Both the position numbers and the translations under genes were made by a program. A stretch of 64,000 nt of DNA from Auanema rhodensis. Lineage: Eukaryota > Animalia > Nematoda. A model generated the notes under the pieces. It was not told the origin of the DNA, made no database searches, and saw only the letters and a list, made by a program, of their open reading frames with translations. The DNA lies in NCBI GenBank assembly GCA_964057225.1, contig OZ059897.1:19530001-19594000 (forward strand), in the 5' to 3' direction. Position 1 is the first letter of the stretch; the number at the start of each line of letters is the position of its first letter. This document shows, piece after piece, positions 52,659-64,000 of this stretch.

Positions 52659-55600
52659 AAGTGTGAACTTATATCAGTTGATATCTCGGTGCATTTTTAA
52701 GCTAGCGCAAATCTGATAACACAGATCGACGCAGCTTAAAAATCCGCATCGAATGCACTATATTACATTGAGAAACACTTGATACAAAAATTAGTTATGA
52801 TCGTTCGAAAAATGATGCATTAGTGTATGTTGAGTTTCCATGTACACTCAACATTGCTTCCAAAAACATTTTGACAAAAATTTTTTCGAAAAATTTCAAA
52901 ATAATTTAGCAAAAAGTAGATGTTTTAAGATTCCATTTTTCAAGGCAAAGACGATGGACAATGTTATTCAACGAAAAAATTAATTCTTCAGGGTGAAAAT
53001 CGAGGATATAAGTGTGAACTTATATCAGTTGATATCTCGGTGCATTTTTAAGCTAGCGCAAATCTGATAACACAGATCGACGCAGCTTAAAAATCCGCAT
53101 CGAATGCACTATACTACATTAAGAAACGCTTGATACAAAAATTAGTTATGATCGTTTGAAAAATGATGCATTAGTGTATGTTGAGTTTCCATGTACACTC
53201 AACATTGCTTCCAAAAACATTTTGACAAAAATTTTTTCGAAAAATTTCAAAATAATTTAGCAAAAAGTAGATGTTTTTAGATTCCATTTTTCAAGGCAAA
53301 GACGATAGACAATGTTATTCAACGAAAAAATTAATTCTTCAGGGTGAAAATCGAGGATATAAGTGTGAACTTATATCAGTTGATATCTCGGTGCATTTTT
53401 AAGCTAGCGCAAATCTGATAACACAGATCGACGCAGCTTAAAAATCCGCATCGAATGCACTATATTACATTGAGAAACACTTGATACAAAAATTAGTTAT
53501 GATCGTTTGAAAAATGATGCATTAGTGTATGTTGAGTTTCCATGTACACTCAACATTGCTTCCAAAAACATTTTGACAAAAATTTTTTCGAAAAATTTCA
53601 AAATAATTTAGCAAAAAGTAGATGTTTTTAGATTCCTTTTTTCAAGGCAAAGACGATGGACAATGTTATTCAACGAAAAAATTAATTCTTCAGGGTGAAA
53701 ATCGAGGATATAAGTGTGAACTTATATCAGTTGATATCTCGGTGCATTTTTAAGCTAGCGCAAATCTGATAACACAGATCGACGCAGCTTAAAAATCCGC
53801 ATCGAATGCACTATATTACATTGAGAAACACTCGATACAAAAATTAGTTATGATCGTTTGAAAAATGATGCATTAGTGTATGTTGAGTTTCCATGTACAC
53901 TCAACATTGCTTCCAAAAACATTTTGACAAAAATTTTTTCGAAAAATTTCAAAATAATTTAGCAAAAAGTAGATGTTTTAAGATTCCATTTTTCAAGGCA
54001 AAGACGATGGACAATGTTATTCAACGAAAAAATTAATTCTTCAGGGTGAAAATCGAGGATATAAGTGTGAACTTATATCAGTTGATATCTCGGTGCATTT
54101 TTAAGCTAGCGCAAATCTGATAACACAGATCGACGCAGCTTAAAAATCCGCATCGAATGCACTATACTACATTAAGAAACGCTTGATACAAAAATTAGTT
54201 ATGATCGTTTGAAAAATGATGCATTAGTGTATGTTGAGTTTCCATGTACACTCAACATTGCTTCCAAAAACATTTTGACAAAAATTTTTTCGAAAAATTT
54301 CAAAATAATTTAGCAAAAAGTAGATGTTTTTAGATTCCTTTTTTCAAGGCAAAGACGATGGACAATGTTATTCAACGAAAAAAATTATTTCTTCAGGGTG
54401 AAAATCGAGGATATAAGTGTGAACTTATATCAGTTGATATCTCGGTGCATTTTTAAGCTAGCGCAAATCTGATAACACAGATCGACGCAGCTTAAAAATC
54501 CGCATCGAATGCACTATATTACATTGAGAAACACTTGATACAAAAATTAGTTATGATCGTTCGAAAAATGATGCATTAGTGTATGTTGAGTTTCCATGTA
54601 CACTCAACATTGCTTCCAAAAACATTTTGACAAAAATTTTTTCGAAAAATTTCAAAATAATTTAGCAAAAAGTAGATGTTTTAAGATTCCATTTTTCAAG
54701 GCAAAGACGATGGACAATGTTATTCAACGAAAAAATTAATTCTTCAGGGTGAAAATCGAGGATATAAGTGTGAACTTATATCAGTTGATATCTCGGTGCA
54801 TTTTTAAGCTAGCGCAAATCTGATAACACAGATCGACGCAGCTTAAAAATCCGCATCGAATGCACTATACTACATTAAGAAACGCTTGATACAAAAATTA
54901 GTTATGATCGTTTGAAAAATGATGCATTAGTGTATGTTGAGTTTCCATGTACACTCAACATTGCTTCCAAAAACATTTTGACAAAAATTTTTTCGAAAAA
55001 TTTCAAAATAATTTAGCAAAAAGTAGATGTTTTTAGATTCCATTTTTCAAGGCAAAGACGATAGACAATGTTATTCAACGAAAAAATTAATTCTTCAGGG
55101 TGAAAATCGAGGATATAAGTGTGAACTTATATCAGTTGATATCTCGGTGCATTTTTAAGCTAGCGCAAATCTGATAACACAGATCGACGCAGCTTAAAAA
55201 TCCGCATCGAATGCACTATATTACATTGAGAAACACTTGATACAAAAATTAGTTATGATCGTTTGAAAAATGATGCATTAGTGTATGTTGAGTTTCCATG
55301 TACACTCAACATTGCTTCCAAAAACATTTTGACAAAAATTTTTTCGAAAAATTTCAAAATAATTTAGCAAAAAGTAGATGTTTTTAGATTCCTTTTTTCA
55401 AGGCAAAGACGATGGACAATGTTATTCAACGAAAAAATTAATTCTTCAGGGTGAAAATCGAGGATATAAGTGTGAACTTATATCAGTTGATATCTCGGTG
55501 CATTTTTAAGCTAGCGCAAATCTGATAACACAGATCGACGCAGCTTAAAAATCCGCATCGAATGCACTATATTACATTGAGAAACACTCGATACAAAAAT

Positions 55601-56169
55601 TAGTTATGATCGTTTGAAAAATGATGCATTAGTGTATGTTGAGTTTCCATGTACACTCAACATTGCTTCCAAAAACATTTTGACAAAAATTTTTTCGAAA
55701 AATTTCAAAATAATTTAGCAAAAAGTAGATGTTTTAAGATTCCATTTTTCAAGGCAAAGACGATGGACAATGTTATTCAACGAAAAAATTAATTCTTCAG
55801 GGTGAAAATCGAGGATATAAGTGTGAACTTATATCAGTTGATATCTCGGTGCATTTTTAAGCTAGCGCAAATCTGATAACACAGATCGACGCAGCTTAAA
55901 AATCCGCATCGAATGCACTATACTACATTAAGAAACGCTTGATACAAAAATTAGTTATGATCGTTTGAAAAATGATGCATTAGTGTATGTTGAGTTTCCA
56001 TGTACACTCAACATTGCTTCCAAAAACATTTTGACAAAAATTTTTTCGAAAAATTTCAAAATAATTTAGCAAAAAGTAGATGTTTTTAGATTCGATTTTT
56101 CAAGGCAAAGACGATGGACAATGTTATTCAACGAAAAAATTAATTCTTCAGGGTGAAAATCGAGGATAT
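52659..56169. repeat. Higher-order repeat: pentamer (1756 bp) x2
   Basis: CGTTCGA occurs at 52806 and 54562, and ACACTCGA in the monomers at 53712 and 55468. The last monomers of the two blocks differ in their 3' halves. Confidence 0.87.
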
Positions 56170-59100
56170 AAGTGTGAACTTATATCAGTTGATATCTCGG
56201 TGCATTTTTAAGCTAGCGCAAATCTGATAACACAGATCGACGCAGCTTAAAAATCCGCATCGAATGCACTATACTACATTGAGAAAAGCTTAATACAAAA
56301 ATTAGTTATGATCGTTTGAAAAATGATGCATTAGTGTATGTTGAGTTTCCATGTACACTCAACATTGCTTCCAAAAACATTTTGACAAAAATTTTTTCGA
56401 AAAATTTCAAAATAATTTAGCAAAAAGTAGATGTTTTTAGATTCCTTTTTTCAAGGCAAAGACGATGGACAATGTTATTCAACGAAAAAATTATTTCTTC
56501 AGGGTGAAAATCGAGGATATAAGTGTGAACTTATATCAGTTGATATCTCGGTGCATTTTTAAGCTAGCGCAAATCTGATAACACAGATCGACGCAGCTTA
56601 AAAATTCGCATCGAATGCACTATACTACATTGAGAAACGCTTAATACAAAAATTAGTTATGATCGTTTGAAAAATGATGCATTAGTGTATGTTGAGTTTC
56701 CATGTACACTCAACATTGCTTCCAAAAACATTTTGACAAAAATTTTTTCGAAAAATTTCAAAATAATTTAGCAAAAAGTAGATGTTTTTAGATTCCTTTT
56801 TTCAAGGCAAAGACGATGGACAATGTTATTCAACGAAAAAAATTATTTCTTCAGGGTGAAAATCGAGGATATAAGTGTGAACTTATATCAGTTGATATCT
56901 CGGTGCATTTTTAAGCTAGCGCAAATCTGATAACACAGATCGACGCAGCTTAAAAATCCGCATCGAATGCACTATATTACATTGAGAAACACTTGATACA
57001 AAAATTAGTTATGATCGTTTGAAAAATGATGCATTAGTGTATGTTGAGTTTCCATGTACACTCAACATTGCTTCCAAAAACATTTTGACAAAAATTTTTT
57101 CGAAAAATTTCAAAATAATTTAGCAAAAAGTAGATGTTTTTAGATTCCTTTTTTCAAGGCAAAGACGATGGACAATGTTATTCAACGAAAAAAATTATTT
57201 CTTCAGGGTGAAAATCGAGGATATAAGTGTGAACTTATATCAGTTGATATCTCGGTGCATTTTTAAGCTAGCGCAAATCTGATAACACAGATCGACGCAG
57301 CTTAAAAATCCGCATCGAATGCACTATATTACATTGAGAAACACTTGATACAAAAATTAGTTATGATCGTTCGAAAAATGATGCATTAGTGTATGTTGAG
57401 TTTCCATGTACACTCAACATTGCTTCCAAAAACATTTTGACAAAAATTTTTTCGAAAAATTTCAGAATAATTTAGCAAAAAGTAGATGTTTTTAGATTCC
57501 TTTTTTCAAGGCAAAGACGATGGACAATGTTATTCAACGAAAAAAATTATTTCTTCAGGGTGAAAATCGAGGATATAAGTGTGAACTTATATCAGTTGAT
57601 ATCTCGGTGCATTTTTAAGCTAGCGCAAATCTGATAACACAGATCGACGCAGCTTAAAAATCCGCATCGAATGCACTATATTACATTGAGAAACACTTGA
57701 TACAAAAATTAGTTATGATCGTTTGAAAAATGATGCATTAGTGTATGTTGAGTTTCCATGTACACTCAACATTGCTTCCAAAAACATTTTGACAAAAATT
57801 TTTTCGAAAAATTTCAAAATAATTTAGCAAAAAGTAGATGTTTTTAGATTCCTTTTTTCAAGGCAAAGACGATGGACAATGTTATTCAACGAAAAAAATT
57901 ATTTCTTCAGGGTGAAAATCGAGGATATAAGTGTGAACTTATATCAGTTGATATCTCGGTGCATTTTTAAGCTAGCGCAAATCTGATAACACAGATCGAC
58001 GCAGCTTAAAAATCCGCATCGAATGCACTATATTACATTGAGAAACACTTGATACAAAAATTAGTTATGATCGTTCGAAAAATGATGCATTAGTGTATGT
58101 TGAGTTTCCATGTACACTCAACATTGCTTCCAAAAACATTTTGACAAAAATTTTTTCGAAAAATTTCAAAATAATTTAGCAAAAAGTAGATGTTTTAAGA
58201 TTCCATTTTTCAAGGCAAAGACGATGGACAATGTTATTCAACGAAAAAATTAATTCTTCAGGGTGAAAATCGAGGATATAAGTGTGAACTTATATCAGTT
58301 GATATCTCGGTGCATTTTTAAGCTAGCGCAAATCTGATAACAAAGATCGACGCAGCTTAAAAATCCGCATCGAATGCACTATACTACATTAAGAAACGCT
58401 TGATACAAAAATTAGTTATGATCGTTTGAAAAATGATGCATTAGTGTATGTTGAGTTTCCATGTACACTCAACATTGCTTCCAAAAACATTTTGACAAAA
58501 ATTTTTTCGAAAAATTTCAAAATAATTTAGCAAAAAGTAGATGTTTTTAGATTCCATTTTTCAAGGCAAAGACGATAGACAATGTTATTCAACGAAAAAA
58601 TTAATTCTTCAGGGTGAAAATCGAGGATATAAGTGTGAACTTATATCAGTTGATATCTCGGTGCATTTTTAAGCTAGCGCAAATCTGATAACACAGATCG
58701 ACGCAGCTTAAAAATCCGCATCGAATGCACTATATTACATTGAGAAACACTTGATACAAAAATTAGTTATGATCGTTTGAAAAATGATGCATTAGTGTAT
58801 GTTGAGTTTCCATGTACACTCAACATTGCTTCCAAAAACATTTTGACAAAAATTTTTTCGAAAAATTTCAAAATAATTTAGCAAAAAGTAGATGTTTTAA
58901 GATTCCATTTTTCAAGGCAAAGACGATGGACAATGTTATTCAACGAAAAAATTAATTCTTCAGGGTGAAAATCGAGGATATAAGTGTGAACTTATATCAG
59001 TTGATATCTCGGTGCATTTTTAAGCTAGCGCAAATCTGATAACAAAGATCGACGCAGCTTAAAAATCCGCATCGAATGCACTATACTACATTAAGAAACG

Positions 59101-62100
59101 CTTGATACAAAAATTAGTTATGATCGTTTGAAAAATGATGCATTAGTGTATGTTGAGTTTCCATGTACACTCAACATTGCTTCCAAAAACATTTTGACAA
59201 AAATTTTTTCGAAAAATTTCAAAATAATTTAGCAAAAAGTAGATGTTTTTAGATTCCATTTTTCAAGGCAAAGACGATAGACAATGTTATTCAACGAAAA
59301 AATTAATTCTTCAGGGTGAAAATCGAGGATATAAGTGTGAACTTATATCAGTTGATATCTCGGTGCATTTTTAAGCTAGCGCAAATCTGATAACACAGAT
59401 CGACGCAGCTTAAAAATCCGCATCGAATGCACTATATTACATTGAGAAACACTTGATACAAAAATTAGTTATGATCGTTTGAAAAATGATGCATTAGTGT
59501 ATGTTGAGTTTCCATGTACACTCAACATTGCTTCCAAAAACATTTTGACAAAAATTTTTTCGAAAAATTTCAAAATAATTTAGCAAAAAGTAGATGTTTT
59601 TAGATTCCTTTTTTCAAGGCAAAGACGATGGACAATGTTATTCAACGAAAAAATTAATTCTTCAGGGTGAAAATCGAGGATATAAGTGTGAACTTATATC
59701 AGTTGATATCTCGGTGCATTTTTAAGCTAGCACAAATCTGATAACACAGATCGACGCAGCTTAAAAATCCGCATCGAATGCACTATATTACATTGAGAAA
59801 CACTCGATACAAAATTTAGTTATGATCGTTTGAAAAATGATGCATTAGTGTATGTTGAGTTTCCATGTACACTCAACATTGCTTCCAAAAACATTTTGAC
59901 AAAAATTTTTTCGAAAAATTTCAAAATAATTTAGCAAAAAGTAGATGTTTTAAGATTCCATTTTTCAAGGCAAAGACGATGGACAATGTTATTCAACGAA
60001 AAAATTAATTCTTCAGGGTGAAAATCGAGGATATATGTGTGAACTTATATCAGTTGATATCTCGGTGCATTTTTAAGCTAGCGCAAATCTGATAACACAG
60101 ATCGACGCAGCTTAAAAATCCACATCGAATGCACTATACTACATTAAGAAACGCTTGATACAAAAATTAGTTATGATCGTTTGAAAAATGATGCATTAGT
60201 GTATGTTGAGTTTCCATGTACACTCAACATTGCTTCCAAAAACATTTTGACAAAAATTTTTTCGAAAAATTTCAAAATAATTTAGCAAAAAGTAGATGTT
60301 TTTAGATTCCATTTTTCAAGGCAAAGACGATAGACAATGTTATTCAACGAAAAAATTAATTCTTCAGGGTGAAAATCGAGGATATAAGTGTGAACTTATA
60401 TCAGTTGATATCTCGGTGCATTTTTAAGCTAGCGCAAATCTGATAACACAGATCGACGCAGCTTAAAAATCCGCATCGAATGCACTATACTACATTGAGA
60501 AACGCTTAATACAAAAATTAGTTATGATCGTTTGAAAAATGATGCATTAGTGTATGTTGAGTTTCCATGTACACTCAACATTGCTTCCAAAAACATTTTG
60601 ACAAAAATTTTTTCGAAAAATTTCAAAATAATTAAGCAAAAAGTAGATGTTTTTAGATTCCATTTTTCAAGGCAAAGACGATAGACAATGTTATTCAACG
60701 AAAAAATTAATTCTTCAGGGTGAAAATCGAGGATATAAGTGTGAACTTAAATCAGTTGATATCTCGGTGCATTTTTAAGCTAGCGCAAATCTGATAACAC
60801 AGATCGACGCAGCTTAAAAATCCGCATCGAATGCACTATACTACATTGAGAAACGCTTAATACAAAAATTAGTTATGATCGTTTGAAAAATGATGCATTA
60901 GTGTATGTTGAGTTTCCATGTACACTCAACATTGCTTCCAAAAACATTTTGACAAAAATTTTTTCGAAAAATTTCAAAATAATTTAGCAAAAAGTAGATG
61001 TTTTAAGATTCCATTTTTCAAGGCAAAGACGATAGACAATGTTATTCAACGAAAAAATTAATTCTTCAGGGTGAAAATCGAGGATATAAGTGTGAACTTA
61101 TATCAGTTGATATCTCGGTGCATTTTTAAGCTAGCGCAAATCTGATAACACAGATCGACGCAGCTTAAAAATCCGCATCGAATGCACTATATTACATTGA
61201 GAAACACTTGATACAAAAATTAGTTATGATCGTTTGAAAAATGATGCATTAGTGTATGTTGAGTTTCCATGTACACTCAACATTGCTTCCAAAAACATTT
61301 TGACAAAAATTTTTTCGAAAAATTTCAAAATAATTTAGCAAAAAGTAGATGTTTTAAGATTCCATTTTTCAAGGCAAAGACGATGGACAATGTTATTCAA
61401 CGAAAAAATTAATTCTTCAGGGTGAAAATCGAGGATATAAGTGTGAACTTATATCAGTTGATATCTCGGTGCATTTTTAAGCTAGCGCAAATCTGATAAC
61501 ACAGATCGACGCAGCTTAAAAATCCGCATCGAATGCACTATACTACATTGAGAAACGCTTAATACAAAAATTAGTTATGATCGTTTGAAAAATGATGCAT
61601 TAGTGTATGTTGAGTTTCCATGTACACTCAACATTGCTTCCAAAAACATTTTGACAAAAATTTTTTCGAAAAATTTCAAAATAATTAAGCAAAAAGTAGA
61701 TGTTTTTAGATTCCATTTTTCAAGGCAAAGACGATAGACAATGTTATTCAACGAAAAAATTAATTCTTCAGGGTGAAAATCGAGGATATAAGTGTGAACT
61801 TAAATCAGTTGATATCTCGGTGCATTTTTAAGCTAGCGCAAATCTGATAACACAGATCGACGCAGCTTAAAAATCCGCATCGAATGCACTATACTACATT
61901 GAGAAACGCTTAATACAAAAATTAGTTATGATCGTTTGAAAAATGATGCATTAGTGTATGTTGAGTTTCCATGTACACTCAACATTGCTTCCAAAAACAT
62001 TTTGACAAAAATTTTTTCGAAAAATTTCAAAATAATTTACCAAAAAGTAGATGTTTTTAGATTCCATTTTTCAAGGCAAAGACGATAGACAATGTTATTC

Positions 62101-64000
62101 AACGAAAAAGTTAATTCTTCAGGGTGAAAATCGAGGATATAAGTGTGAACTTATATCAGTTGATATCTCGGTGCATTTTTAAGCTAGCGCAAATCTGATA
62201 ACACAGATCTACGCAGCTTAAAAATCCGCATCGAATGCACTATATTACATTGAGAAACACTTGATACAAAAATTAGTTATGATCGTTTGAAAAATGATGC
62301 ATTAGTGTATGTTGAGTTTCCATGTACACTCAACATTGCTTCCAAAAACATTTTGACAAAAATTTTTTCGAAAAATTTCAAAATAATTTAGCAAAAAGTA
62401 AATGTTTTAAGATTCCATTTTTCGAAGCAAAGACGATGGACAATGTTATTCAACGAAAAAATTAATTCTTCAGGGTGAAAATCGAGGATATAAGTGTGAA
62501 CTTATATCAGTTGATATCTCGGTGCATTTTTAAGCTAGCGCAAATCTGATAACACAGATCGACGCAGCTTAAAAATCCGCATCGAATGCACTATATTACA
62601 TTGAGAAACACTTGATACAAAAATTAGTTATGATCGTTTGAAAAATGATGCATTAGTGTATGTTGAGTTTCCATGTACACTCAACATTGCTTCCAAAAAC
62701 ATTTTGACAAAAATTTTTTCGAAAAATTTCAAAATAATTTAGCAAAAAGTAGATGTTTTAAGATTCCATTTTTCAAGGCAAAGACGATGGACAATGTTAT
62801 TCAACGAAAAAATTAATTCTTCAGGGTGAAAATCGAGGATATAAGTGTGAACTTATATCAGTTGATATCTCGGTGCATTTTTAAGCTAGCGCAAATCTGA
62901 TAACACAGATCGACGCAGCTTAAAAATCCGCATCGAATGCACTATACTACATTGAGAAACGCTTAATACAAAAATTAGTTATGATCGTTTGAAAAATGAT
63001 GCATTAGTGTATGTTGAGTTTCCATGTACACTCAACATTGCTTCCAAAAACATTTTGACAAAAATTTTTTCGAAAAATTTCAAAATAATTAAGCAAAAAG
63101 TAGATGTTTTTAGATTCCATTTTTCAAGGCAAAGACGATAGACAATGTTATTCAACGAAAAAGTTAATTCTTCAGGGTGAAAATCGAGGATATAAGTGTG
63201 AACTTATATCAGTTGATATCTCGGTGCATTTTTAAGCTAGCGCAAATCTGATAACACAGATCTACGCAGCTTAAAAATCCGCATCGAATGCACTATATTA
63301 CATTGAGAAACACTTGATACAAAAATTAGTTATGATCGTTTGAAAAATGATGCATTAGTGTATGTTGAGTTTCCATGTACACTCAACATTGCTTCCAAAA
63401 ACATTTTGACAAAAATTTTTTCGAAAAATTTCAAAATAATTTAGCAAAAAGTAAATGTTTTAAGATTCCATTTTTCAAGGCAAAGACGATGGACAATGTT
63501 ATTCAACGAAAAAATTAATTCTTCAGGGTGAAAATCGAGGATATAAGTGTGAACTTATATCAGTTGATATCTCGGTGCATTTTTAAGCTAGCGCAAATCT
63601 GATAACACAGATCGACGCAGCTTAAAAATCCGCATCGAATGCACTATACTACATTGAGAAAAGCTTAATACAAAAATTAGTTATGATCGTTTGAAAAATG
63701 ATGCATTAGTGTATGTTGAGTTTCCATGTACACTCAACATTGCTTCCAAAAACATTTTGATAAAAATTTTTTCGAAAAATTTCAAAATTATTTAGCAAAA
63801 AGTAGATGTTTTTAGATTCCTTTTTTCAAGGCAAAGACGATGGACAATGTTATTCAACGAAAAAAATTATTTCTTCAGGGTGAAAATCGAGGATATAAGT
63901 GTGAACTTATATCAGTTGATATCTCGGTGCATTTTTAAGCTAGCGCAAATCTGATAACACAGATCGACGCAGCTTAAAAATCCGCATCGAATGCACTATA

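Larger units (their letters stand above)
1..64000. repeat. Tandem satellite DNA array, 351-bp monomer (352-bp variants), about 182.3 copies, head-to-tail, continuing beyond both window edges
   Basis: The anchor AAGTGTGAACTTATATCAG recurs at 1, 353, 704, 1056, 1407 ... 9481 ... 56521 ... 63545, 63897, always 351 or 352 bp apart. Copies differ by a handful of substitutions. No non-satellite sequence or strand switch was seen. Confidence 0.99.

Noticed and set aside
46338-61803. Compensatory covariation in hairpin 4: GATTTAAGT (46338, 48444) is complementary to ACTTAAATC (60750, 61803)
   Set aside because: The two changes occur in different monomers and never together, so each simply breaks the pair. 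This is not evidence of selection on structure.
1-64000. Giant repetitive ORF, since 351 is divisible by 3 (117 codons)
   Set aside because: All six frames are closed in every monomer. Plus strand: TAA at 40, TGA at 56, TGA at 6. Minus strand: TTA at 11, TCA at 16, TTA at 39 on the plus strand, covering all three frames.
1-64000. CRISPR array or variable-cassette array
   Set aside because: There are no unique spacers. The variable box differs only by a few SNPs, and no cas or recombinase genes are present.

Overview
The whole 64-kb window is one uninterrupted, head-to-tail, single-orientation tandem array of an AT-rich satellite monomer of 351 bp (about 31% GC, counted on monomer 1). It holds 182 complete monomers plus a 104-bp partial one. 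Fourteen monomers are 352 bp through a +1 A in one of two homopolymers, and 182x351+14 accounts exactly for the start of the last monomer at 63897, so there is no net inserted or deleted sequence. I find no genes, RNA genes, CRISPR arrays or transposon insertions, and all six reading frames contain stops within each monomer. This most resembles eukaryotic heterochromatic or (peri)centromeric satellite DNA, but I cannot assign the family or species. Two things stand out. First, the monomer is densely packed with inverted repeats, including a long bulged hairpin and a perfect 9-bp stem with a GTGA loop. Second, SNP haplotypes reveal nested, shifting higher-order repeats (2-, 3-, 5-, 6-, 8/9- and 16-mers), hybrid monomers and three regional subfamily domains. 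I see no direct evidence of a novel protein-coding system, and any function for the structured monomer is inference only.
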